Shown here piece after piece: positions 34,501 through 44,465 of a DNA stretch of 53,119 bases. The notes under the pieces were generated by a model. That model did no database searches, had not been told where the DNA came from, and was given only the letters and a program-made list of their open reading frames with translations. How positions within the stretch are numbered: position 1 is the first letter of the stretch; each line of letters opens with the position of its first letter. Origin of the DNA: a virus (taxonomy: Duplodnaviria > Caudoviricetes). Where the stretch lies: positions 1 to 53,119 of IMG/VR virus record IMGVR_UViG_3300044608_001820; one strand, given 5' to 3'. The translations under genes were made by a program, and so were the position numbers.

Positions 34501-34866
34501 ATGGAAGAAACACCTAAACCCGGCGTTCGTGTCATGCGAAAGTCTCCTGAGGAAATGGCTCAGGGTGCTGCAATTCAAACGCAAAACTCTTTCGAAGACG
34601 CTGACTCCACATTCTTCACGACTCTCTCGAATGGCCGCGATGTCATTCTCCGAGAGATGACAGCGAGCGATCTGCTTTTCATCGAGAAGCTAAACACCGC
34701 CGGAGATATGGAGCGTTCGCTAAAACTCGTCGCTCGGCTCTCCACAGGGTCAGGCAAGATCACCTACGATGAGTTGCAAAAACTCAAGATGAAGGATCTT
34801 CGCAAGGTGACTGAATTGCTCGGTAAAGCCGGCGGCACTGACGAGGACGAGGACCCAAACGACTGA
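34501..34866 (+). CDS. tail assembly chaperone (G-like)
   Basis: LREMTASD...YDELQKLKMKD; ends at a slippery site. Confidence 0.7.
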   Translation: MEETPKPGVRVMRKSPEEMAQGAAIQTQNSFEDADSTFFTTLSNGRDVILREMTASDLLFIEKLNTAGDMERSLKLVARLSTGSGKITYDELQKLKMKDLRKVTELLGKAGGTDEDEDPND

Positions 34867-34921
34867 TAGTCGTCCCGCGAGAGGACTTCTCCTATGAGGT
34901 CACTCTCGCGAATGGAACGAC
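34854..34921 (+). other. programmed -1 ribosomal frameshift signal
   Basis: C CCA AAC, 8-nt spacer, strong hairpin. Confidence 0.75.
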
Positions 34922-35309
34922 TCTTATAATTCGTGAGATCATCCCGAAGGATTTCTATTTCTTCAACCTGATCGAAAACGATTTCCCCGACATCACCACA
35001 AACCACCTTGTGTTGCTTGTGATCATGCGATTGAGCGGCATGACCGAGCAGGATCTAGAAACGATCCCTTCGAGATATGTAGCCCCGCTCGGACAGTGGA
35101 TGGCGAAGAACGTTCTCGAAGAGAAGGTGATGAAAGTGGAGCAATGGCTCGAGATGGCATTTCACTTTTGTAAGCAAAGGTGGGATGCATCCATCGATTG
35201 GTTGGAACAACAACCGGTCTCTAAAATACTTCTCATGGCAAGGATTCTCTCCGACTTTGTCGAGAAACAAAAAGAGGAGACGAAACGAGCAGCACGGAGG
35301 AAAAAGTGA
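34860..35309 (+). CDS. -1 frame extension of tail chaperone (T-like part of G-T fusion)
   Basis: -1 frame open from the slip site to 35309. Confidence 0.65.
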   Translation, partial: RLIVVPREDFSYEVTLANGTTLIIREIIPKDFYFFNLIENDFPDITTNHLVLLVIMRLSGMTEQDLETIPSRYVAPLGQWMAKNVLEEKVMKVEQWLEMAFHFCKQRWDASIDWLEQQPVSKILLMARILSDFVEKQKEETKRAARRKK

Positions 35310-35701
35310 CCTTTAAGTTCAAAGGTTCCGTCCAACTTTTTAACGAGAACTGGTGGGCATCTTCAAAGAGCCCTATCGCTGATGTCCTTCAGCAGGATAA
35401 TGAGGAAGCCTGGTCGAGAGAAAGAGATCCGCAGACGGGTCAGGGCTGGAAACCTCGGAAGCAACCCACCGGTGGGTGGCCCATCCTCAGGAAGAGCGGT
35501 AAGATGCAGGATATGGTGAAGATCCGTGCCGTTGGCGCGGGAGTCTTCTCCACTAAAACGACGTCGTATGGTCCGTTCCATATGACCGGAACAAGTCGAA
35601 TGGCGGCTCGCCCTTGGCTTGGTGTTCCGCAATCATCGATGCCGAAGATGACGATGGTCGCTAAAAAGGCAATTCTCAAGGGCAAGACCCTTCGCTTTTA
35701 A
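35306..35701 (+). CDS. phage virion morphogenesis / tail completion protein
   Basis: DPQTGQGWKP, LRKSG, YGPFHMTG, ARPWLG. Confidence 0.75.
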   Translation: MTFKFKGSVQLFNENWWASSKSPIADVLQQDNEEAWSRERDPQTGQGWKPRKQPTGGWPILRKSGKMQDMVKIRAVGAGVFSTKTTSYGPFHMTGTSRMAARPWLGVPQSSMPKMTMVAKKAILKGKTLRF

Positions 35702-36135
35702 TGGCAGGAAAAGTACGCGTCTGGCAAACAGGCGACAGTTGGAATAAGCTCGCTTACGCATATTACGGCGATTCGCGAGAGTTTCGGCGCCTCATCGACC
35801 TGAATCCCGGGTTTGATATTCGAACGAATCCGGCTTCCACGGTTCCAGTGTTTATCACAGGGCCTGACGGGATCCTGGGTAAAACCGGCTCGAGCGACGC
35901 AGCGGGATCCCCGGGAACTCTCAATCAACTGAGCACTGCTCTGAATCTTTCAGGTGGATCCAACCCAAATCCCGAACAACAGGACATTGCGACCGCTATC
36001 TTCCCATGGACAAGTTTGCCCGAGTACGCTGAGAGACTCTCAGAATACACGGCTTATGCGATCCTCGAGAAGGACAGAATGAACGGGTACGGCTTAGACT
36101 CGCCACAAGCGAAAGCCGATACTCAGCGTGGTTGA
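35701..36135 (+). CDS. LysM / tail-X-like baseplate protein
   Basis: GDSWNKLAYAYYG...LIDLNP. Confidence 0.65.
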   Translation: MAGKVRVWQTGDSWNKLAYAYYGDSREFRRLIDLNPGFDIRTNPASTVPVFITGPDGILGKTGSSDAAGSPGTLNQLSTALNLSGGSNPNPEQQDIATAIFPWTSLPEYAERLSEYTAYAILEKDRMNGYGLDSPQAKADTQRG

Positions 36136-36214
36136 GAGACCTCCACGGAGACCACGGTGGGACAGTCCGAAGCCCTCAGCTCTCTCAACATCTAAAGAAG
36201 GAGTTAAACTCTAA

Positions 36215-39200
36215 ATGGCTACTATTTCCCTTGGAGGCGCCCGCGGCGGCGCGCCGGGAACATTTATCTATGAGTCAGCGATCGCGTCTCGCGCGTCTGT
36301 CGCCAGCTTCAACACGATCTACATGGTTGTTGAGGCACCTCAAGAGACATCTGTTGCCCGTTTCCCATATAACCGCCCCATCTTCGTGGGCAGTCTCAAC
36401 GACTACGTGAACCTAATCGGTACCATTCCTGCTGGTGGTGCTGAGCTTGATTCATATTTTGGCGTTAAGGCTTTCTTCCAGCAGTGCACTGTCGGCGACC
36501 TTCGTGTTGTTCGCGTTGGCACTCCTTCCAATATTGTCCAGGTCGCTTTCGATCCGAGCGCCAATAAGGACAATGGCGTGGCTGCTCCTAGCCAACTGAG
36601 CAAAGGCGATCAAGTCTACATCAAGCTCGTCATCAATGGCATCCAGCTTGGTGTTAAGAACAGCGCTGGTGCATGGCTTGGTGTGCCCGTCATCATCCCT
36701 GTTGACTACGTATCCGGCAACACCACTAACAATCTCGAGATCTCTGGCGCTATTCGCGACGCTGTGCGCGACGCCATCGAGGCTAACAGCGACATTTCCG
36801 CTAGCGTTTACGTGCGCTATGAGGGTGAAGGCACCTCCGGCTGCAGTGACTGTGCATTCCTGTACCTGACAGGTCGCGTATTCAATGCCCCTGTGGAAGT
36901 TGTCAACTCCAACGAAGTCACTGGCGCTCAGTTCATTCTGGCTGCTGCCGGTTATTCGATCGAGAACATCTCCGAATCCGACGAGACCGTTTACGACTGG
37001 ATCCAGTGCGTTCGCACCGCATTCGAAGATCCCCGTCTTCCTCAGGGATACCTGATTGCTCCCGCTGGCTTCGGTAAGTTCAGCCAGTCTGAGCGCGTGA
37101 ACCTCGGTCAGTCGATGGAGGAAGTGTGCTCGGATCAGAACCACAAGTGGATGGCTCTGGTTGATTGCGGTCCGTTTGACGTGACCGATATCACCACATA
37201 TAGCCAGTTCACCCCTGCTAATCCTTCAAATGGATTCTCAGAAGGCGGACTCTACCTTGTGGATAACGTGATCTATGAGTGGACTGATAACAATCCACTT
37301 AGCTTCACATCTGCTAACTATGACGCCGCAAGCGCTCTCAACTCGGTGAATGCGTCTCTGGCTGACGGATCACGCCGCGCGCTCAAGGATGATCAACTGG
37401 TCTCCTGCAACTCGGGCGTCAATACTGGCACCGATGTGGTGACACTGGCTAGTGATTGGCCTGTTAGCGCACTTCCCTCGGGAACTCTGGTTAGTGTTGA
37501 GCTGTTCCAAAACACTCCGCTGCCAACCGCTCCTCTTTACACTGACGTTGCCACTGGCGTAACTAACGAGCCTCTGATTGGTTCGTTCTACGTGATCGCT
37601 AGCGACATCGACGGAACTCTCGCTGCCAATCAGATCCGTCTGGCTACAAGCAGCACCCGCGCAGCTATCAATCAAGCTGTGAACTTCACCACCGCTGGTA
37701 CTCCCCAAGGTGGCGGACTTCTGGTTCTGTCCTACGCCGATCCCGCTTGGGAATTCGAGGTGGAAATCAAGGGCAAGATCAGCAGCCTGATCGAAGCCAA
37801 TGGTGGCGTGAATGCGGTGTCCTTCAACACCCTGCACCTGCCTGGCACGCTGCAATCTCCCACCACCCAGCATGACTTCAAGGGTCTGGTTCGTCAGCTG
37901 ACTGATCCTTCCCAATCGATTGTCAAGGGCGGTCTGACTCTGCAGTACTTCAATGCTGCCGACGTCAACACTGGTACCAACGCCATCACTGTGATCGGTC
38001 ACGGTTACAACACTGGCGATGCTATCAACTACTATCTGCTTCCTTCCGACGGTGCTGCCGCTCCGGGCACTCTGGCTAGCGGAACTCAGTACTTCGTCAT
38101 CAAAGTTGACGACAACACCATTCAGCTGGCTTCGTCTCTCGCCAACGCTAACGCTGGCACTGAGCTGACAATCGGAACCGCTGGTACTGACTCCTCGACT
38201 GTCAAGAATCCTCAGGGTGGTGCTGCTCAGTCGGTACTGACAACTGGTGGTGATTGCCTGGTCTTCTCCTCGGCTCACGGTGTGGCCACCGCTGATAAGA
38301 TCTACTTTGACGGTAGCATTGTCACCGCATCTTCCACCGTATTTAGCGGAACTTCTGCAACTGCAACCTCCGCTTTCTACGCCCAGCAGGTTGACCTCAA
38401 CTTCTTCCGCCTCGCTCGTTCGTCTTCGGACCTGGCTTCCAACGCTTTCGTTGACTTCCCCAGCTCCGCTATCACCACTTCAACTGCTCGCCGCTTCTAT
38501 AAGAAGTATAGCGTGGCTGTCGATGGTGGTCAGTACAGCGACTCCGGTCTGATCCGTTACATTCGCGGTCGTAAGTACCAGCTGGATGTGACTCTGGCTA
38601 ATGCCGCTGTGAAGGACGAAGCTGGCGTAAGCATTGCATCAGGTTCTAACGATCCTTACGGCGTTGCTTACACCGACGACATCAGCTCCGACCTGCGACT
38701 GTCTTACAGCGCTGCTCCTGTTGGTGTTCCCGTGTGGCAAGTTGCCTCAGGCGACATCACCGCCCTGTCGGATGAGATCGCTATCTCCAGCCACGGTTAT
38801 CTGACTGGCGATGAGGTGGTGATCAACACCGCAACTGGCGCTGTTCTCGCACCTGGTCTCTCGGATAACACAGTCTACTACGTGATCGCTCTCACCGCGA
38901 ACACGCTGCAGTTGGCTGAAACCGCCGCCGATGCTGTTGCTGCAAACCCGGTCGACATCACCGGTACCGGCACCAATAACGGCGCAGGCGTGGAGTTCAC
39001 TCTGACCTCTACTTCCAGCCCGTACACCTGGCAGTATACCGAGGACGCTGACGCTTATCCTCTGAATCCTGCACAGGACTTCTCCGGCGAGAACAACTTC
39101 TACTGTGTGCCTCTGAGCGCCGGTGCCCAGGCTAACAATGCCCGCGGTGCTTACGCTCACCCAGTCCTGCAAGTTGGTCAAGCTTACACCACCCTGTATG

Positions 39201-40120
39201 CTGGCTTCACCGAGATCGAGTACATCGAGCCCTCAGGCGACACTCCGACCACTTTGTGGAACTTCGACGCTATCACCTCCGGTGATCTTGTGAGCGAAGC
39301 ACTCCGCGGTGTGAATAACGCTGGTATCCCTCAGATGGTTGCCATCGAGAAGGGTATCGATAGCCATGCTCGCCTCTTCGCCGAGTCACAGTTCTACAGC
39401 ACAACCCAAGGATTCCTGGCTTACTACGCTCCTTACATCAGAAATGATGCAGGAGTCTTCACTCAGCCTACTCCTTACGTTGCTGGTCTTGCTATTCGTC
39501 GCTATCGCGATGAGGCTGGTGGATTCAAGCTTCCTCCGGCTGGAGCTAAGTATAGCCTCGCTGGTGCTCGCGGTTGCGAAATCGCCATCACAAGCGCTCA
39601 GCAGGAAGTCAGCACTCCTCAGGGTCTGAACGCTCTGCGTCAGCTTCCTGGCTACAGCAGCACTGATCCCGACACCGGTGAGACCTACGGTCCCGTGTTC
39701 GTGTGGGGTTCACGTACTCGCGTCAATCGCGGAAATTCCGAGCAGGCTCTGTACCAGTTCGTGAACACCCGTGTGATCCTGAACGTGATCTTCGGTACGC
39801 TGCGTAGCGCCTTCGATGGTCAGATCTTCGATGTTATCGATGGTCGCGCAGTTACCTTCAACCAGATCCGTGCAATCGCCTACAACACCCTGTACGAGAG
39901 CTTCTACGTCCCCGGTGCACTGTTCGGTTCTACTCCGGCTGAAGCCTTCGAGGTTGTTGTCGACGAGCGTAACAACCCGCCGGGTGCTCTGGAGAACGGC
40001 TTCATCAACGTGAAGGTGTTCGTGGTTCCAGTTCCAACTCTCGAGCGTATCGAAGTGGATCTCATCCGCGTTGGTATTGGTGGAATCCAGGACGCCCTCC
40101 AAGCTTCCGGAATCTTCTGA
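36215..40120 (+). CDS. contractile tail sheath protein with large insertions
   Basis: N-terminal APGTFIYE; C-terminal VWGSRT, FVNTR, FEVVVDERNN, VPVPTLERI. Confidence 0.88.
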   Translation: MATISLGGARGGAPGTFIYESAIASRASVASFNTIYMVVEAPQETSVARFPYNRPIFVGSLNDYVNLIGTIPAGGAELDSYFGVKAFFQQCTVGDLRVVRVGTPSNIVQVAFDPSANKDNGVAAPSQLSKGDQVYIKLVINGIQLGVKNSAGAWLGVPVIIPVDYVSGNTTNNLEISGAIRDAVRDAIEANSDISASVYVRYEGEGTSGCSDCAFLYLTGRVFNAPVEVVNSNEVTGAQFILAAAGYSIENISESDETVYDWIQCVRTAFEDPRLPQGYLIAPAGFGKFSQSERVNLGQSMEEVCSDQNHKWMALVDCGPFDVTDITTYSQFTPANPSNGFSEGGLYLVDNVIYEWTDNNPLSFTSANYDAASALNSVNASLADGSRRALKDDQLVSCNSGVNTGTDVVTLASDWPVSALPSGTLVSVELFQNTPLPTAPLYTDVATGVTNEPLIGSFYVIASDIDGTLAANQIRLATSSTRAAINQAVNFTTAGTPQGGGLLVLSYADPAWEFEVEIKGKISSLIEANGGVNAVSFNTLHLPGTLQSPTTQHDFKGLVRQLTDPSQSIVKGGLTLQYFNAADVNTGTNAITVIGHGYNTGDAINYYLLPSDGAAAPGTLASGTQYFVIKVDDNTIQLASSLANANAGTELTIGTAGTDSSTVKNPQGGAAQSVLTTGGDCLVFSSAHGVATADKIYFDGSIVTASSTVFSGTSATATSAFYAQQVDLNFFRLARSSSDLASNAFVDFPSSAITTSTARRFYKKYSVAVDGGQYSDSGLIRYIRGRKYQLDVTLANAAVKDEAGVSIASGSNDPYGVAYTDDISSDLRLSYSAAPVGVPVWQVASGDITALSDEIAISSHGYLTGDEVVINTATGAVLAPGLSDNTVYYVIALTANTLQLAETAADAVAANPVDITGTGTNNGAGVEFTLTSTSSPYTWQYTEDADAYPLNPAQDFSGENNFYCVPLSAGAQANNARGAYAHPVLQVGQAYTTLYAGFTEIEYIEPSGDTPTTLWNFDAITSGDLVSEALRGVNNAGIPQMVAIEKGIDSHARLFAESQFYSTTQGFLAYYAPYIRNDAGVFTQPTPYVAGLAIRRYRDEAGGFKLPPAGAKYSLAGARGCEIAITSAQQEVSTPQGLNALRQLPGYSSTDPDTGETYGPVFVWGSRTRVNRGNSEQALYQFVNTRVILNVIFGTLRSAFDGQIFDVIDGRAVTFNQIRAIAYNTLYESFYVPGALFGSTPAEAFEVVVDERNNPPGALENGFINVKVFVVPVPTLERIEVDLIRVGIGGIQDALQASGIF

Positions 40121-40138
40121 TAGTTACGGCGATCAAAC

Positions 40139-40438
40139 ATGGCCAAAAAACGCCTGGCATTCGATGTCGAGGAAGATCTTCATTCCCGTCTAAAACAATT
40201 GGCTGCAGAGCAGGGAGTCCTTCTTGGGGCTTTCTGCTCCAGCCTTATCGAAACTGGACTGGAAGTGAATGGTTTAACCAGCACTTCCGTTGAAATCGAT
40301 CCCAGCTCATACGCTAACCTTCCGCTCGACGCGTTACGCACGGAAGCTAATAGGATCTCAACCGCAAGACCAAAGAACTGGGAGACAGCGGTTAGGCGCA
40401 TTAACGCAGAAATTGTCAAAAGGTACGTCGCTCGATGA
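40139..40438 (+). CDS. ribbon-helix-helix-like DNA-binding protein
   Basis: KRLAFDVEEDLHSRLKQLAAEQG. Confidence 0.6.
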   Translation: MAKKRLAFDVEEDLHSRLKQLAAEQGVLLGAFCSSLIETGLEVNGLTSTSVEIDPSSYANLPLDALRTEANRISTARPKNWETAVRRINAEIVKRYVAR

Positions 40439-40788
40439 CCAGCGTTCGCGGGCTTCTTTATCCGCTACAGGTTAGCAACGGTCAATTAGTGCTAGCCGAA
40501 GATGAGGCGATTGTTGAGCAACAGATAATTTCAGTGCTCGAGACACGACCATTTGAGCGCATCATGCGGGCTGATTACGGATTGCCCGATAATATCTTTG
40601 AGACAATGAATCCCGCCGCTATCGACTCTAAGATATCCGAAGCGATTTTAGAGCAAGTCGGCGGCATTGATGATCTATCCGTCAAAGGATCTTGGACGGG
40701 TGGGGATAACGGCATCTATGCCGTGAACATTTTGTATTCGGTGCGGGGAACACTTCAACCTCCGCTTTCACTCTCCCTGGTGGTCTGA
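40435..40788 (+). CDS. baseplate wedge protein, gp25/GPW family
   Basis: LETRPFERIMRADYG. Confidence 0.85.
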   Translation: MTSVRGLLYPLQVSNGQLVLAEDEAIVEQQIISVLETRPFERIMRADYGLPDNIFETMNPAAIDSKISEAILEQVGGIDDLSVKGSWTGGDNGIYAVNILYSVRGTLQPPLSLSLVV

Positions 40789-42275
40789 TGGCAAAGAGAT
40801 TCGATATTCCGCCAATTCCCAAGGGGGATATTGCTCAATACGCGACAAACCCGTACGCAAGACAGACGATCTACGGATACTATCCGGGACTCTTTAACGA
40901 CCAGTCACCGAATAATCTTGTAGTTCGTCCGAACGATGACCTCCTAATCCAAAAGGGCGGCATCTCGGCCCTCATCGTTTATCAGCGTCTGCTGTTTGAT
41001 CCAAACGTTCAAGCAGCTTGGATGAAGGTGATCCAGGAAATTACATCGCGTGACTTAGTTGTTGATCCCGCTTCCGATCTTGCTGGCGATATTGCGATAA
41101 AGGATTTCGTTGAAGAACAACTAAAAGATCTCCCCATGGATGAGATCTTCCGCGCGATGCTTGAGGCATACATCGTCGGATTCTCAGTTGGTGAGATCAT
41201 GTGGCGCCGCACGCCGGCCGGTGTGAAGGCTTACGATGTGCGACCAAGAGACCCTCGGCGCTTTCTCTTCGCGGTAGACGAGAAGGCGGACATGGGCTTC
41301 TCGATGAAGATGGTGACGTACGCCAACACTCTCGTCGGTGAGGACCTTCCCGCTCGTAAGTTTATTGTGTTCCGTTACTGGACACAGTCCAACGGTGACC
41401 CGTACGGTTGTGGATTAGGCCGGACACTCTACCCGATCGTTAAGTTTAAGCGCCGTGCGCTTGAGTCGCAGTTGCTTTATAGCGACCGCTACGCTAATCC
41501 CACGGCAGTCGCCAAAGCTCCACTTGCGGCAACAACGCAAGAAATTGACACTCTCTACAATCACCTCGTCAATCTCTCTCAGGAAACCGCACTCATCCTC
41601 CCAGAGGGATATGACCTTGAGTTCGTGAATCCCCAGGGATCACCTGACACATTCACTCAATTGCGTGAGTCACTGATCCGCGAAATCAATATGCTTATTT
41701 CCGGCGAAGATGAAACCGGAAATGCCGACGCGGGATCTCGTGCATCCTCTGAAGTTGCTCTTCAAGTTCGAGAAGTGCGGGCAAAAGAACTTGCCGAACT
41801 ACTCTGTGAGACATTAAACGAAACTCTTGTCCGCTGGATCGTTGATCTAAACTACGGCACGAATGTTGTCGCTCCTAAGGTGAGACGTGACTTCCGAGTC
41901 GAGGAAGGTAGCAAACTCACGATGAGTGACGTAAGTATTCTCATCTCTCAAGTAGGATATCGTCCGACCAAAGAGTGGATCGAGACAACATACAAAGTGG
42001 AGCTCGAAGAGGGTGAGGAGGTTCAGCCTGGAGCTGAAATGGCAGTGCCAACTGAGGAAGTAGCACCAGAGGCAGAAGCAGCAAGCGAGGAGATGACTGA
42101 TGAAGATCTTGATGCTGAGATTGCGGAACTCGAAGGTCAATTAGAATCAACTCCCCCCGAAGAGGAAGACGATGATGCTGAATTAGATGAACTACTTTCT
42201 GATTTAGAACAATCGCCGACTGCTGAGGCTGAGACCGAAGACGAACAGCTCAGAAAAATAATTGATGAACTTTGA
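40788..42275 (+). CDS. portal protein (Mu gp29/DUF935 family)
   Basis: GFSVGEIMW, DPYGCGLGR, acidic C-tail. Confidence 0.85.
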   Translation: MAKRFDIPPIPKGDIAQYATNPYARQTIYGYYPGLFNDQSPNNLVVRPNDDLLIQKGGISALIVYQRLLFDPNVQAAWMKVIQEITSRDLVVDPASDLAGDIAIKDFVEEQLKDLPMDEIFRAMLEAYIVGFSVGEIMWRRTPAGVKAYDVRPRDPRRFLFAVDEKADMGFSMKMVTYANTLVGEDLPARKFIVFRYWTQSNGDPYGCGLGRTLYPIVKFKRRALESQLLYSDRYANPTAVAKAPLAATTQEIDTLYNHLVNLSQETALILPEGYDLEFVNPQGSPDTFTQLRESLIREINMLISGEDETGNADAGSRASSEVALQVREVRAKELAELLCETLNETLVRWIVDLNYGTNVVAPKVRRDFRVEEGSKLTMSDVSILISQVGYRPTKEWIETTYKVELEEGEEVQPGAEMAVPTEEVAPEAEAASEEMTDEDLDAEIAELEGQLESTPPEEEDDDAELDELLSDLEQSPTAEAETEDEQLRKIIDEL

Positions 42276-42319
42276 CCTACAACCGGGTAAAACCTTAGGG
42301 GCTTCCCAGCTTGATTAAA

Positions 42320-44461
42320 ATGATTAAGGAAGTACACATTTTTAAGGCTGGGAAACAAACCTCAGCCCAGGGCATCACGAGAGAATTCACTAAAAACGAT
42401 CTTCAGCAAATCGTGGATTCCTACCGACCTGAAGTTCATGAGGCGCCAATCCGCATCGGTCATGAAGACAACGATAAAGTTCCTTCATGGGGGTGGGTCA
42501 AGGGAGTCAAAGTGAAAGGCGATGAGCTCTTCGCGGAGATTGATTTCTCTCCGCTAGCAGAGGAGTACATCAAGAATGGTCTCTACAAAAAAGTTAGCGC
42601 ATCGTTCTACTCTCCTGACTCAAAAATCAATCCGGAGCCGGGCAAGTGGTCGCTCCGTCACGTTGCTCTATTAGGAGCCCAACCACCTGCAGTTAAAGGA
42701 CTAAAAGGCTTCGCCTACGAAGAGAACTCTGACGGAGTCCTTGACTTCGCAGTAACTCTCACTCCTGATCAAGTGTTCGATGAGGAGCTTGGTCCCACTC
42801 TCAAGCGTGATCTTGGTCCGCTTGAGATCCTTAAAGAAAAACTCGATGAGGCACGCTCTCAGATGATCGAAGAAGAAAAGGGCGCTGAGCAACAGCTCGA
42901 AGCTCCCCAAATTGAAGAAGTAACCGCCGAAGAGGAACAATTCGGCGAAGGCAAAGTGTCCCACATGGGCATGATGGCCAAGACTTCTAAAAAGTCAATG
43001 TCCGGTGGCAAGATGGGCCACGAGGGTGATGACGAGGATGAGGAGGATGAGGATTCCGTAAAGTCTGCCGAAATGGAAGGCAAGAATCTCCCCGAGCCTC
43101 TGAAGAAGCAAGCCGCCAAAAAGATGGCTAAGTCTAAAGGTATTTCCGAAGACGAGGCTATGGGCGAGAAGGACATGAACTACATGTCTTGCGGATCTAA
43201 AGGCAAGAAAATGAACTACGAAGAAACTGATTCCACCGAGCACGGTGAAGCTACCGCCGAGCACGACGGAAAGGTCAAGGGTCTGAAGGCTCCCGCTCCA
43301 AAGGGAATGTCTGATATGTCTCCTGAGACTGTCGACGGTGAAGGTCCCGAGGCTTCTAAAGTCAAGAAGAATCCAAAGTCGGGCGCTTGTGATCCCGAGT
43401 GCGAGGATGATGACAAGAAGTACGAAGAGCCTACTTTCGAAGCCAACAAGAAGAAGCGCGGTACCGATCACCTGAACGCTTCCGATGTCGGAGCCAAGGA
43501 AACCGAAGGCGGTCCTGGCGGGCTCGTTCGTACTCGTTCCACCTCAAAGGGCATCAACCTCGGTTACGAGGAAGCCGACGAGGAGGACCTCGAGGATGAT
43601 GATGAGCAGCATGTCGAGACCGACAACAACAAGTACGTCGATAAGGCCACTGAGCCCAAGCGCGGTAAGGATGGTCTGAAGGGACGTAAGGCTCAAGATC
43701 CTTACAACGACCAGTCAGGTCGTGGCGAACTCGGCAAAGCCGGAGTCGAAGGCGAAACTGACCGTGGCATGAAGGGAACTGCCCCTGAGATCAAGGGATT
43801 CCCCAACGGTAAGGGTCAGGATTCTGCCAAGGGTGGCGACGGCGGCGAGATGTCCAAGAACTACGAGGACTCCTACAAGGGTCAATCCTCTGGTCAGGAT
43901 GAGGACCGCAAGATGACCGGCAAGCATGCTGAGATTCAGGGCTATCCCGGTAAGTACATGACTCTCGGGTCACCCAAGGGTGGCGGCAAGCAGATCAAGG
44001 GCGGTAAAGTCCGCGTGATGGAGATCAACCACTCCGAGAGCGATCCTATCGCCCAGATGATGGCACGTCTCGAGGAGCTGGAAGCCGCTAACGCTCGTCT
44101 TCGTGAGCAGGCCGAGTACGCTGAGCGTCAAGCAAATCGTATGCGTCTCGAGCAATTTGCTGAGGGACTGTACGAGTCAGGCAAACTTACCGATGCGATC
44201 GTCGCTCAAGACGATCTGGTTGAGTATCTCGAGGGACTCGAGTATGGCACTCTGGAGTTTGCTGAGGGTGAAACCGCAGCTACTCCGCTGATGAAGATCC
44301 TGGAGGGTCTGCCTTCTCAAGTATGCTACTCCGAAGTAGCTGGTGGCGAGCCTGTCGTTCGTGAAGAGGACCTTAATCCTCACGAGCGTGCAGTGAAACT
44401 CTCCAAAGAGGAGAACATCGACTACACCGAAGCCCTGAAGCAAGTTCTCTTCTCCGCCTGA
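42320..44461 (+). CDS. Mu-like prohead protease / scaffold
   Basis: IFKAG, APIRIGH, WGWV, YKKVSASF, LRHVALLGAQPPAVKGL. Confidence 0.85.
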   Translation: MIKEVHIFKAGKQTSAQGITREFTKNDLQQIVDSYRPEVHEAPIRIGHEDNDKVPSWGWVKGVKVKGDELFAEIDFSPLAEEYIKNGLYKKVSASFYSPDSKINPEPGKWSLRHVALLGAQPPAVKGLKGFAYEENSDGVLDFAVTLTPDQVFDEELGPTLKRDLGPLEILKEKLDEARSQMIEEEKGAEQQLEAPQIEEVTAEEEQFGEGKVSHMGMMAKTSKKSMSGGKMGHEGDDEDEEDEDSVKSAEMEGKNLPEPLKKQAAKKMAKSKGISEDEAMGEKDMNYMSCGSKGKKMNYEETDSTEHGEATAEHDGKVKGLKAPAPKGMSDMSPETVDGEGPEASKVKKNPKSGACDPECEDDDKKYEEPTFEANKKKRGTDHLNASDVGAKETEGGPGGLVRTRSTSKGINLGYEEADEEDLEDDDEQHVETDNNKYVDKATEPKRGKDGLKGRKAQDPYNDQSGRGELGKAGVEGETDRGMKGTAPEIKGFPNGKGQDSAKGGDGGEMSKNYEDSYKGQSSGQDEDRKMTGKHAEIQGYPGKYMTLGSPKGGGKQIKGGKVRVMEINHSESDPIAQMMARLEELEAANARLREQAEYAERQANRMRLEQFAEGLYESGKLTDAIVAQDDLVEYLEGLEYGTLEFAEGETAATPLMKILEGLPSQVCYSEVAGGEPVVREEDLNPHERAVKLSKEENIDYTEALKQVLFSA

Positions 44462-44465
44462 TCCT

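Noticed and set aside
36452-40102. Long minus-strand ORFs opposite the sheath and other large genes
   Set aside because: Antisense shadows of strongly biased codon usage, with no motifs or RBS.
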